A stretch of 64,000 nucleotides of DNA from Candidatus Latescibacterota bacterium (GCA_965217865.1 CBDCJO010000002.1:3168001-3232000); one strand, 5' to 3'; counted from the first letter of the stretch, positions 44,770-56,348 are shown. Translations and numbers: made by a program. The notes: generated by a model not told the origin, from the letters alone.

Positions 44770-44889
44770 ACGACCCGGCTTGCAACAGAAAGCGGGCATC
44801 ATGGGCCGTTCTCACCTGCTTGAGGAGAGCATCAAGGAAGCTCGGAAGGTTCTGACCGAGCATTACGAGTACCTCCACGGGAAGCCATC

Positions 44890-46297
44890 GACGAGGAGTG
44901 GGTACGCACCCCGGACCAGCCATGGGTGCTTGTTGGCACACAGGATCAGCTTCTCTCTCGCGCTCTGAATCGCGGTTACGCGATGAACAGGTTCGAATGG
45001 CCAGTTCATTTCGGAGTTTTGAACCAGGATTGCCGCTGGATCGTCGACGAGATTCAGCTGATGGGCCCTGGACTATGGACCACGGCACAGCTGGATTGGA
45101 TGCGGCGGAAGAGGTTCTTCGCGATCAAGCGGTGTTCCACTACATGGATGAGTGCCACCGTTGGCACCAGATTTCTGGCAACCACCGACCGCAAGAAGGA
45201 CGGGCTCGACTCATTCCACTCCCTTCGATCCGCGCCTCGAGGAGGATAGCAACGAGGAGATCCAGCAACGTCGTGCTGCCCGACGCCGAATAGCATGGTT
45301 TGAGCCGAAATCGGGCAAGAAGGCAGATCCAATCCACCAACAGCTGGCCTCCGAGGTTGTGGCCCGTCACGCGGATGGCGCGCTGTCACTTGTCGTCTGC
45401 AACACAGTCGACTTCGCACAAAAAGTCTTCCAGATATTGCCAGATTTTTTGCCGAAGATCCTTCTCACATCGCGCTTCCGCCGCTGCGACCGTAGTGCTG
45501 CGGAGAAGCAGCTGATCGACTTCGAGACGCGGCGGAGCCGGGCAACTCGTGACGATCGTGTCTCAAACGGAAGGATGCAGGACGACCCCGGCCTGATCTG
45601 TGTCAGCACGCAGGTCGTCGAGGCTGGCGTCGATATCTCGGCGCACCGGCTGTGGTCGGAACTCGCGCCCTGGCCGTCCATCGTTCAGCGCCTCGGTCGC
45701 TTAAATCGCGACGGACGTGACAACCCAAGCGAGAAGAGTGATGGTGCGCGCGCCTTCTTTTGGAAGACGCCAAAGAGCAGTGTGAGAAAGAGTGAAGGAG
45801 ACGAGTATCTCGGTCCCTACCGCAAGAACGAGGTCGATGGCGCAGCCAAACTCTTGTCTGCACTCATCGTGCCGTCCTTAAAGAAGACGTTTACCGACGC
45901 ACTGAGTGCGCTGGAAAAGACCCAGGGCAAGTCACTGCGAGAGGCCCTTGAACCGTGTCCGTGCCCGTTGCCCCGTGCCCTTGATGTGCACGGTCTGTTC
46001 TCCACGGAACGCGATGTTCACGGTGGCTTCACCGATGTGAGTACGTTCGTTCGCGATGCTGATCCCGATGCTGATCTGACCGTCTTCTGGCGAACGTGGA
46101 CCGGGCGCCGTCCTCCCTCTGCCGACGCGCTGGATGGGCCCGTCCTGGATCCGAATGCCGAAGGGTGCGCTGTCGCGTTCCACCGAGTTGCTGAGCACCT
46201 CAAGGCGCGACGCGCACACGCGTGGCTCTGGAACGACGAACAAGCGCGATGGGACTTCTGTACCGCTGCCGACCTTCGGCCGGGAATGTCCATCATG
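44890..46297 (+). pseudogene. cas3: Type I-G (I-U) Cas3 helicase internal fragment, frameshifted near 45225
   Basis: VGTQDQLLSRALNRGY, DEIQLMG, MSAT, STQVVEAGVDIS, QRLGRLNRDG. Confidence 0.85.
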
Positions 46298-47005
46298 CAT
46301 GGCTCGTGCGTTTGCTACAAGGAGGAAGAATTTGGGAAACTGTTTTTCGCACTCAAGAGTTCCTCGAATGCTATGGAATCCCCTGCGGGAAAACCGGTAT
46401 CCTGTCTAAGATAGTAAGTGATTGAGAACCAATGGAGTTATAACTCTGGGCTTAGACAACTTCATGCGAGCGAAAAATCGAGATTGCTTCATCCGCATAT
46501 TCAGCCAGAAACCGAGGAGCTATTTCAAGGATATCTTTCCCAAATCACTCACTTGGAAAGGAATTGCCCAATCTTGTTTGATGATTTCGGCGGAATACCT
46601 GTATTCTCCTTGAATAACGTCGATTCCATACGTGCGTTTTTTCGTGGCCTCTGTGAAATCGTCACGTGAGGCGGACGAGAGGTGTAGGAGATACGTTTTC
46701 AACAAACCAGTCCCGTGCATCAAGGAAGAGGCTAACACCCAGGACTTCGACAGATAGGTCGGGCTTGATTAGACTATGTCACTTCATAGTGTTATCACTG
46801 AGATCGCTTTCTAGACGAAGAATTGTCCAGTCACTGTGGCAAACAGCGTGTGACCTGCGATGGAAAGTATACGAATGTGACCTGTCGAACTACGATTTCA
46901 TTTGTTCTATATCCTTAGCGAAACACGATTGAGAAACTGGGGAAGATGCCAAGTGGAAAACACCATTTGCAGCATGCAACGCAAGATTGACGATGATCGC
47001 TTGGA

Positions 47006-48343
47006 ATGCAAGAGAAACGGACCAAGGGGGAAACGGTGATTCTGATAATTCGAGGTGGTTCAGGAGTTGGGAAGACGAGGACCGCACAGGAATTGGCCAG
47101 TCGTCATAGACCGTCTATACATCTTGTGGTTGATGAACTCCATCACTGGATAACTGATCGGACCCTCAACGACGACCAAGTTGCCCTTTCCGTAATGTCC
47201 GCAGGGAGTGTAGCGCGTGTATTTGCGAACAGGGGTTATACTGTATGCATTGATTTCGTTTTCGTCAGAGCATGGGAAGTCGACGAATTTCTTCAGGGGC
47301 TCGGTGCCGTAAACACGGACATATATCTTTTTACCCTGACGGCGCAACTTGATATTCTCAGGGCTCGTGATAGAAAGCGTTGTGAAGAAGATATTATGGG
47401 TGATCGCGTTGAAGAATTATACCGGGAATTTCAAAATTCAGATGAATCTAGAGGATATCCGATAGACAGTTCGAAGTTGGAAGTCGGTGGAGTTGTTAGA
47501 GAGATCGAAGATGCGATTTCTAATGGCAAGGGGCGAATCAAACAATCGACCGTAAGGGTAGACAACGGAAAGGACTGGGCAGAGGCGGCTGTTCATAACC
47601 GGCGAGCGTGGGATTCGTACCGTCGTCAAAGGGAGGAGGGTTTGGTCAACAATTGGCGTTCCCCAGTGGAGGAGATTAGGAAGGGGGCAAGTTATGTGGA
47701 GGAAAAGTGGATCGATCTGGTGGGTAGCGTAAGCGGGAAGAAGCTCCTAGATCTAGGCTGCGGCGACGGAGGAGAAACTTGCTGCTGGGCCCGTTTAGGA
47801 GCAAGTGTAGTAGGGGTCGACAACTCACCGATGCAACTGAAAGCTGCGAAGAGAGCTGCTATGGAACTCGGTGTTAAGTGCGATTTCGTTTTGGCTGATA
47901 TCTTGAATTTGCCTGAAGAGTTATTAAATCATGAGTTTGATGTTGTGTTTACGGCATGGGTGGCCGCCTGGATTGGGGATTTGCGAGCTTGGTTTCACAA
48001 CGTGTACAAGGCGCTCAATTGGGAGGGACGGTTTCTGTTTGTTTGGACCCACCCGGTTACAAGGATTGCTGCCGAGCTACTTATGGACGACTCTACTCGA
48101 GCCAGCTATTTCGACGAGGGGGTGTTCATTCGAAAACAGGAGGAGGAGCGCAGTACGGGGAACCCTGCAGGTGATGATTTTACGACGTATCAGTGGTGTC
48201 ATACGCTGGAAAGCGTTCTAAAAGCAATGAAAGACGTAGGATTTCGTTCCGTTGAGATGGTTGAATCTGATGCAAGCTCGCCAGAATGTAAAGAACTAAA
48301 AGGCATGCCTACGGATGTGGTAATTCTCGCCAGGAAACACTGA
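47006..48343 (+). CDS. P-loop small-molecule kinase (AAA_33-like) fused to a class I SAM methyltransferase
   Basis: IIRGGSGVGKT; LLDLGCGDG, GVDNS, FDVVF, HTLESVL. Confidence 0.85.
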   Translation: MQEKRTKGETVILIIRGGSGVGKTRTAQELASRHRPSIHLVVDELHHWITDRTLNDDQVALSVMSAGSVARVFANRGYTVCIDFVFVRAWEVDEFLQGLGAVNTDIYLFTLTAQLDILRARDRKRCEEDIMGDRVEELYREFQNSDESRGYPIDSSKLEVGGVVREIEDAISNGKGRIKQSTVRVDNGKDWAEAAVHNRRAWDSYRRQREEGLVNNWRSPVEEIRKGASYVEEKWIDLVGSVSGKKLLDLGCGDGGETCCWARLGASVVGVDNSPMQLKAAKRAAMELGVKCDFVLADILNLPEELLNHEFDVVFTAWVAAWIGDLRAWFHNVYKALNWEGRFLFVWTHPVTRIAAELLMDDSTRASYFDEGVFIRKQEEERSTGNPAGDDFTTYQWCHTLESVLKAMKDVGFRSVEMVESDASSPECKELKGMPTDVVILARKH

Positions 48344-48415
48344 TTCAATTGTGAATCCTAACGATCTGTGGAGCAATGCGGTTTGGTGTGAATTGGTGAG
48401 ACGTCGTCGGCCTAG

Positions 48416-49942
48416 CAGCCTGTTGAAAAAGTGCGTTTATGCCAAGATGACTGTTGTCTTTCCTTGTGGTTTGGTCCTATGATATATCAGGTTCAAACTG
48501 AGAAGGGAGGACGAGCAAATGGCAATGGGAAAACGAGGACGACAGAGACAGGAAAACCTGTTCATCGCATCGAACACTTTGGTGAAATCTCCGGGTCATC
48601 CGTTCTACGAGAAGCTGAATCAGGTATTGGGGGCGAACGGCTTCGACGAGTTCGTCGAAGGGCTTTGCCAGCGGTATTACGCTCCTCATATGGGTCGCAA
48701 GGGCATTCCGCCCGGGGTTTATTTTCGGATGCTTTTGATTGGGTATTTCGAGGGACTTGATTCGGAACGTGGGATCGAATGGCGTGTATCTGACTCGCTG
48801 ACGTTGCGCCGGTTTTTGGGGTATGCCCTTGACGAACAGACCCCGGATCATTCCAGCCTGTCTCGCATCCGGCATCGGCTTCCCTTGGAAGTTCACGAAG
48901 CGGTTTTCAAGTGGATCCTGAGGGTCTTGTGCAAAGCGGGTCTGGTGAAGGGGAAGACGTTGGGCGTGGATGCTACGACACTGGAGGCCAACGCCGCGAT
49001 GCGCAGCATTGTACGCCGTGACACGGGTGAAGGCTACCAGGCATTCCTTGAGAATCTGGCCAAGGCCTCGGGCATTGAAACGCCTACCCGCGAGGACTTG
49101 TCCAAGATCGATAAGAAGCGACCGAAGAAGGGATCGAACCAGGACTGGGAGCACCCGCACGACCCGGATGCCAAGATCGCTAAGATGAAGGACGGTCGCA
49201 CGCACATGGCGCACAAGGTGGAGCACGCGGTGGATCTGGACACCAATGCCATTGTGGCAGTGGCGTTGTCGGGAGCAGATGAAGGAGATACCGAGTCGTT
49301 GTCCTGGACGCTGCTCGAGGCGCCGCTCAATCTCAAGCAGGTCGCGAAGGACGAAAAAGCTGCCAAACGTTTGCACAGACAGCGTATACGGGAGGTGGTT
49401 GCGGACAAAGGATATCATAGCAACGATGTATTGACCAGTCTGAAGCAAGGCGGCATCCGGAGTTACATTTCAGAACCGGATCGGGGACGCCGCAAGTGGA
49501 ACGGCCGACGAGATGAGCAGGCCGCGGTATATGCGAATCGACGCCGGATCAAGGGAGATCGCGGCAAGGCCTTGCGCCGAAGTCGTGCAGAACGGGTGGA
49601 AAGAACCATCGCTCACACATATGATACCGGTGGCATGCGCAGGTTGCACTTGAGAGACCGCGGCAATATCCTCAAGCGTTTGCTGATCCACATCGGGGGC
49701 TGCAACCTGGCTCTGCTCATGCGCAAAGTGATGGGCGTAGGTACTCCGAAGGCCCTCCAGGACCTGGCCAAGGCCTTGCAGCGTCTACTGCTCGTCCTAC
49801 AATCACGCTTTGCTGCCCTCGGTCACCTTTTTAACCTCTTATCAGCGTCTCCTGCTCAATCTCCTTACCTTGATTTATCCGACCCGCACTCCAGGCGTCT
49901 TTTCCGTTTATGTGTGTTGAAAGGTAGTTCTTCAACGGGCTG
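48416..49942 (+). mobile_element. IS5/IS1182-like element copy 2; TSD CTAG; transposase 48519-49946
   Basis: CTAG at 48412-15 and 49943-46. Confidence 0.95.
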
Positions 49943-49978
49943 CTAGCTCTGATTGGCCGGAATGTCGGACCTTATAGA

Positions 49979-50662
49979 GTGGGTGAGCTAATGGAGGCTT
50001 CCAATAGACGAGACGGTCTCTTGAAAATTGCACCTGGATTGTTTGGTTATGATCGGGAGATTGTAAAGATCTTGCGCTGGCTAGATGCGTTCTTCGATTC
50101 AGTAGGCGATGCCATAAATGCTCGCGAGATTCTCTTTCCAAGTTTGATCTCTCTATCCACGCTCAACAAGATCGGGTACGTTGACAGTTTTTCGGATACA
50201 CTAATTTACCCTTCCTGTTATTTGCCCATATGTAAGGACATTGTGAAAAAAAAGGAAGGATTGAAGGATGTCGCGTTGACCCCAGCCGCATGCTTTCACA
50301 TATACCCGATGTATGCCAATAATTCGTTTGATGATTTGGAAAACGCGATAGTAACGACACAGGGAAAAGTATTTCGCTATGAGACTAGGCCACGATCGAA
50401 ATGGAGACTTTATGAATTTACCGTTAGGGAGTTTGTGTTTATCGGAAACTTGACATTTGTCACTAGAATGGTCGAGGCATTTAAGTCGGTCAGTCAAGAG
50501 TTCGCTATGCAAGTTGGATTACCTGTTGTTATAGAGTCTGCAACAGATCCGTTTTTCCTTCTACTTGATAATAAACAGGCTGTTCGAAAAGCTCAAATTC
50601 CATCACCTTCAAAATGGGAAATGAGCTATAGGAGCCACGATCAGCATAATATAGCTCTTGGA
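49979..50662 (+). pseudogene. SerRS-like class II aaRS paralogue (amino acid:carrier protein ligase type), 3'-truncated
   Basis: GYVDSF, LTPAACFHIYP, FRYE (motif 2), FTVREFVFIG, ATDPFF, KWE. Confidence 0.75.
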
Positions 50663-50760
50663 TCTTCTTCGGCGGCAAAATACTGCCCAACTGGGATATT
50701 GACCCTCTCCCGAACATGCATTTGTTAACCAATCTGCAGTTCTTCATAGGTAGATTCATG
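50660..50760 (-). pseudogene. Iron-containing alcohol dehydrogenase 5' fragment
   Basis: MFGRGSISQLGSIL. Confidence 0.5.
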
Positions 50761-50779
50761 ATCGTCCTCCAAAACCCGG

Positions 50780-50959
50780 GCTCCCCCCGGTGTTCGAGCG
50801 CAACCGTGGGGTTGCGTCCGCTTGAGCAGAGATATCTCCTCCGGATTCTCTGATTCTCTGTTTTTCGCGTCGGCCTTGTTTAACAGCATGGTTCGACGTT
50901 TCGGAAGGTCCTCCAGCAAGTATTCACAGGAAGCCGGACCCGGTGGGTCCGGTCACCAG
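50780..50959 (-). repeat. Non-coding element-end repeat, copy E (inverted)
   Basis: Reverse complement aligns with the 5' half of copy C. Confidence 0.9.
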
Positions 50960-51147
50960 CTTAGGGCAGTTCACCGGACAGCGGAAGCGGCCATGCGCCC
51001 GGAGCCCGAAATTGGCTACACGGGATTTAAGAGTTGACCGGATACGCCAATTCTCATATATTTTCCGCAGTGTTCGTTTTGTTTCCCTTGAAGAGAGATT
51101 GGTCGAAGACGGCGCACTGTGTCAAATTGTGACATAAGGACTGCAGC

Positions 51148-51846
51148 ATGGACACGCGCGGCACCAGCGAATTTTCCGAGTTGATGACCCGTGCCGGGTT
51201 GGGCATTGAAGAGGCCGCCGGGTTGCTGGGCGTCAATGCCAGGACTGTGCGACGCTACATCAATGGCGAGAGGAAACGTATTGACAGGCTTAAGATCGAC
51301 AAGCTACGAGAGGTTGCCAACGCGCGCTGCCCTGCAGACCGGTCGGAGGGTTTTCGATTTATCGATTTGTTTGCCGGGATCGGCGGACTGCGCCGACCGT
51401 TCGAGGAAATTGGCGGGAGCTGCGTGTTTACGTCAGAGTGGGATCGATTCTGCAAGGATACCTACACCGCAAACTTTCCAGAACCAACTGACAGCGAGCA
51501 CGAGTTTGTCGGCGACATACGACCGTATGCGGCCAAGCCCGAGACCGTACCCTCACACGATGTTTTACTGGCAGGATTTCCGTGCCAACCGTTTTCGATA
51601 GCGGGAGTATCGAAAAAGAACGCACTTGGCCATCCTCATGGATTTCTGTGCGATACACAGGGAACGCTGTTTTACGACCTGGTGAAGATTATCGACTATC
51701 ACCAGACGCCGGCCTTTCTTCTTGAAAATGTCAAGAATCTTGAACGGCACGATAGCGGTCGAACCTTTGCGACAATTATGCACGTCCTTGAAGACGAACT
51801 GGGCTACAGTGTCAGCACACGTGTCGTGAATTCTTCCCAGACGTAG
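51148..51846 (+). pseudogene. dcm: HTH-fused DNA cytosine-5 methyltransferase, 3'-truncated
   Basis: IDLFAGIGG, AGFPCQPFS, LENVKNL; motifs VIII-X missing. Confidence 0.9.
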
Positions 51847-51849
51847 AAG

Positions 51850-52080
51850 CTCGATCTTGCAAGTAAAGTTCGAGTGACAATTGTTGGGGCGAATTGATCT
51901 TGTTCTGGCAGGAAACGACACTGCTTCCGAGTGGTTCGGGCTTGAGATTCAAGCCGTGTACTTTTCGGGGATCGGTATGCATGCCGACTTCGAACGTCTA
52001 CAGAACGATGATGGCTGTCTTCCCCCCGAACCCACAGCGGTCCGGCGCCCCGACTGGCGTTCCTCAAGTGCAAAGCGGTG
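51850..52080 (+). pseudogene. NotI-family restriction endonuclease fragment
   Basis: GRIDLVL...LEIQAVYFSG...RPDWRSSSAKR. Confidence 0.75.
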
Positions 52081-52644
52081 CATGGGCAATCTGCTTTGCG
52101 CAGGGTTGTTCCTCCGATTTCGATCGATTCCCTCCCCGTGCGGGAATATAGCCGTTTGGCCGGAAGCCGTCAACCAGGGAGACTTCAGACCCGAGCGATC
52201 AGAAGCGTGGTGTCTCATGCCTGTTGACACACGTTCCGGTCGCGGCCCGTTGGATGACATCGAGCTCCGCCCCGGCCTTTTCAGGGTCTCCAAAAACTCC
52301 AGAAATCGCCCCGACTTCGCCGTCTCGCCGACCTGAAGCCAGTGACAAAAAGCCGTCTTGCTGATTCCCGCTACCCTTGCAGGCGTCCCTGACTGCAAAT
52401 TCCCCCCAGCTGGGGAAATTCGAATCCCAAAAACGGCTCCTAAGGCCCGATCGCCCGAAGGCGCATCCAACAAAACCCCCCGGAGTCGGAGATGATTACA
52501 CCGTGCCCATTCCTGTCGGTGTGTGCGCCTTCCAGAGCGAAGGCCGAGGGGATCCCGGCGCCGTTGACCAGGCGGTCAGGCTTAACGGCTCCAAGTTCAC
52601 AGGAGAACACTCCGAAGTCCAACTGACTTATCCATCCGAAATGT

Positions 52645-54560
52645 GACCGGAAGTGGGAGAGTTCCTCCGACGGAATGTTGGAGAGAATGCCCGTTTTGTA
52701 GCCTTCATAGTGAAGGTTCTGAATCCATTTTATTACACGTTCATCAACCTCTGACCAGCTTAGAATGTCTTCTTGGATAAGCCGGTTTAGGAGAGCAACA
52801 TCAGGCTCTGCTTCACCATTGGCTAGAATCCTTCCCCAATATTCTTGACCATCAATGCTGCCACGGTCGTAGTCCTCCCTGTATAGGAAGTATAACTCCT
52901 CAAACTTACTATCAGATATTCCACAGGCCTGCCTAACAGCCCGTTGAAGAACTACCTTTCAACGCACATAAACGGAAAAGACGCCTGGAGTGCGGGTCAG
53001 ATAAATCAAGGTAAGGAGATTGAGCAGGAGACGCTGATAAGAGGTTAAAAAGGTGACCGAGGGCAGCAAACGTGATTGTAGGACGAGCAGTAGACGCTGC
53101 AAGGCCTTGGCCAGGTCCTGGAGGGCCTTCGGAGTACCTACGCCCATCACTTTGCGCATGAGCAGAGCCAGGTTGCAGCCCCCGATGTGGATCAGCAAAC
53201 GCTTGAGGATATTGCCGCGGTCTCTCAAGTGCAACCTGCGCATGCCACCGGTATCATATGTGTGAGCGATGGTTCTTTCCACCCGTTCTGCACGACTTCG
53301 GCGCAAGGCCTTGCCGCGATCTCCCTTGATCCGGCGTCGATTCGCATATACCGCGGCCTGCTCATCTCGTCGGCCGTTCCACTTGCGGCGTCCCCGATCC
53401 GGTTCTGAAATGTAACTCCGGATGCCGCCTTGCTTCAGACTGGTCAATACATCGTTGCTATGATATCCTTTGTCCGCAACCACCTCCCGTATACGCTGTC
53501 TGTGCAAACGTTTGGCAGCTTTTTCGTCCTTCGCGACCTGCTTGAGATTGAGCTGCGCCTCGAGCAGCGTCCAGGGCAACGACTCGGTATCTCCTTCATC
53601 TGCTCCCGACAACGCCACTGCCACAATGGCATTGGTGTCCAGATCCACCGCGTGCTCCACCTTGTGCGCCATGTGCGTGCGACCGTCCTTCATCTTAGCG
53701 ATCTTGGCATCCGGGTCGTGCGGGTGCTCCCAGTCCTGGTTCGATCCCTTCTTCGGTCGCTTCTTATCGATCTTGGACAAGTCCTCGCGGGTAGGCGTTT
53801 CAATGCCCGAGGCCTTGGCCAGATTCTCAAGGAATGCCTGGTAGCCTTCACCCGTGTCACGGCGTACAATGCTGCGCATCGCGGCGTTGGCCTCCAGTGT
53901 CGTAGCATCCACGCCCAACGTCTTCCCCTTCACCAGACCCGCTTTGCACAAGACCCTCAGGATCCACTTGAAAACCGCTTCGTGAACTTCCAAGGGAAGC
54001 CGATGCCGGATGCGAGACAGGCTGGAATGATCCGGGGTCTGTTCGTCAAGGGCATACCCCAAAAACCGGCGCAACGTCAGCGAGTCAGATACACGCCATT
54101 CGATCCCACGTTCCGAATCAAGTCCCTCGAAATACCCAATCAAAAGCATCCGAAAATAAACCCCGGGCGGAATGCCCTTGCGACCCATATGAGGAGCGTA
54201 ATACCGCTGGCAAAGCCCCTCGACGAACTCGTCGAAGCCGTTCGCCCCCAATACCTGATTCAGCTTCTCGTAGAACGGATGACCCGGAGATTTCACCAAA
54301 GTGTTCGATGCGATGAACAGGTTTTCCTGTCTCTGTCGGCCTCGTTTTCCCATTGCCATTTGCTCGTCCTCCCTTCTCAGTTTGAACCTGATATATCATA
54401 GGACCAAACCACAAGGAAAGACAACAGTCATCTTGGCATAAACGCACTTTTTCAACAGGCTGCTAAGCCACTGAGCGCGGTCCTGGTTCTGCGGCTTCGA
54501 TATGACACCACCAAAGTCGAAGACTACTGCCCTGATAGACTGATCCGGTCGTTGCGCTTC
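52645..54560 (-). pseudogene. HAD-family phosphatase cassette gene split by IS5-like copy 3 and 3'-truncated
   Basis: AVVFDFGGVISKPQ...QWL^RQACGIS...YDRGSIDGQEYW...KTGILSNI reads in frame once the IS is removed. Confidence 0.8.
52937..54462 (-). mobile_element. IS5/IS1182-like element copy 3; TSD CTAA; transposase 52959-54359
   Basis: CTAA at 52933-36 and 54463-66. Confidence 0.95.
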
Positions 54561-54588
54561 GATAAGCCTCTCCTATGAATTGCGTTGC

Positions 54589-54608
54589 AGCTAACGGTCG
54601 TGTTATGC
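54589..54608 (-). other. Collapsed attC remnant (core sites only)
   Basis: Minus strand GCATAAC-acgacc-GTTAGCT, 21 bp after the hydrolase stop. Confidence 0.65.
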
Positions 54609-54629
54609 GGGTTTCCGAGTTATTTCTCT

Positions 54630-55400
54630 CTAGCCAGCTTGGATCCAACGAGACAGAAATCGACGAACATCGAGTTCCCACAGTTCTACGCCTATTCCGA
54701 AGATACCATGACCTCCGCCAGCAGCGGCGTCTATTGGTGGGTATATTCGTGTCTCTTGAATCTTGCCAAGCCTCGCTAGCTCCGCCCCAAGCACATAAGT
54801 GGGAGTAAGGTGATTGTCATTTTGCGCTTGGATTAGAAAGATGGGAACTTCTGTCTTCCCGATTTCCTTTATCATGCACTCCTGAAGTGCTGGAGCGTCT
54901 GGCCATGTTTGGGATAGACCTGCGAAGCTGATCCCAGCTTTGAACTTCGTTGACCGCCCAGCGGCAAGAACTGTCAAGACTCCACCGAAAGACGAGCCAA
55001 CAATCCCTATGCGTTCATCATCGAGATCTGGATGTGTCCTAAGCCAGTCGAGAGCGGCCAGCGTATCGCCACACTCATCATTCAAAGCTTCGACAAGTTG
55101 GTGTCCCATCTCAGGACTTCCCCAAGGTGCGGAGACACGGTCAAGCCAGTACGGTCCGGGACCATTGTTATAACCCCGTCGAATGGCGGCGAAGACTGCA
55201 AACCCCATCTTATTGAGCGCCTTAATTCCTGGTAGCGAAGCAGGAAGTAAGCCGCCACTGCCGTGGTTGAAAAGTACAACAGGAAATGGCCCCTGGCCTG
55301 CTGGCGGCATCAAGAAACCCGTAAGCTCCAAATCGCCGCTCACGTAAGTCACGGCGTAGGGTTCATACACACTCAAGTCTTGTGAGTCCTTCTTGGCCAT
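54630..55400 (-). CDS. Dienelactone hydrolase / alpha-beta hydrolase cassette gene
   Basis: FNHGSGG, GSSFGG nucleophile elbow, QAQND, GGGHGIF; GAGGA RBS. Confidence 0.9.
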   Translation of the reverse strand: MAKKDSQDLSVYEPYAVTYVSGDLELTGFLMPPAGQGPFPVVLFNHGSGGLLPASLPGIKALNKMGFAVFAAIRRGYNNGPGPYWLDRVSAPWGSPEMGHQLVEALNDECGDTLAALDWLRTHPDLDDERIGIVGSSFGGVLTVLAAGRSTKFKAGISFAGLSQTWPDAPALQECMIKEIGKTEVPIFLIQAQNDNHLTPTYVLGAELARLGKIQETRIYPPIDAAAGGGHGIFGIGVELWELDVRRFLSRWIQAG

Positions 55401-55427
55401 CTTCTGTTTTTCCTCGAAGGAAATGCC

Positions 55428-55509
55428 GCATAACGTTTCCAGCACTCCCGACCCCGCAGGGGTTTTGCGAAGGCCCATCGTGCCGAAGCTCGGGAGTGCT
55501 GTGTTAGAA
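55428..55509 (-). other. Integron attC site (82 bp)
   Basis: Minus strand TTCTAAC-a-CAGCACTCCCGA...TCGGGAGTGCTG-gaaac-GTTATGC. Confidence 0.85.
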
Positions 55510-55532
55510 GAAGGGCTGCCTCAGTCGTTCCA

Positions 55533-56055
55533 CTATTCCTTGCAGGCAATGGCAGAAACCCAGGTTTGAGCGAACATGCTTCCTTCTTCGAGACTCCACT
55601 CCCGCAATACTCTGGCGGATCGCTTGTCGCCCTCTCGGTCGAGCTGCTCGGCCAGGTATTCGCCTATGGATTGCAACGAAGAGTAGCACTCGTACCGAGC
55701 GTTCATTCGAATGGAACCGAAACCTGCAGTAGCGAGGTGTATTCCAAGCTTTCTTCCTGCCTTGACATCTCCGCCGTTCTTGGTCTGCAATCTCACGTAG
55801 GATTCTATAGAACGATCTAATTCACGGGATGGTGGAGTTAGGACGAATCCTCCCCAATCTGGACTACAGATTCCCGCGAATCCGCCGGGCTTCAAGACTC
55901 TATGAAACTCACGTATGGCACGAATGGGATCCGAAAGGTGCTCCATTAGCGCATGGCAGAACAGTCGATCAAACTCAGAATCATTGAACGGAAGAGAGTA
56001 GCAATCTGCAGTTCTGAAACGAACGTTTTCGATTTTGCAGCCATTAGCCGCGAAT
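55533..56055 (-). pseudogene. Class I SAM methyltransferase cassette gene, 5'-truncated
   Basis: ADCYSLPFNDSEFD..HALMEHL...RVLKPGG; motif I region largely missing. Confidence 0.8.
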
Positions 56056-56348
56056 GCGCCGGAGCCGCAGCCCGGCGTGTTATGGGAAGTGCCTGGCACT
56101 TAGAATCTATCCGACCACCATATGTATCCGATTGTCTTCGGAAAAAGAGTTGTCAGGACTGGAATCGCGCCTGGCGAGATTTCGACTTCTGGACACTTTG
56201 CCACTTCCTTTACAGAGCGATAACCCAGAACCAGCTGTGCCAGAATCATTTGAGGAATCCTGACCCTTAACACAACTCGCGATGATGGTGGATCAATCGT
56301 CTTAACCCTGCCAGCGGCGGGAGCTTCGGGTGGTATAGAAGGAGAAAG

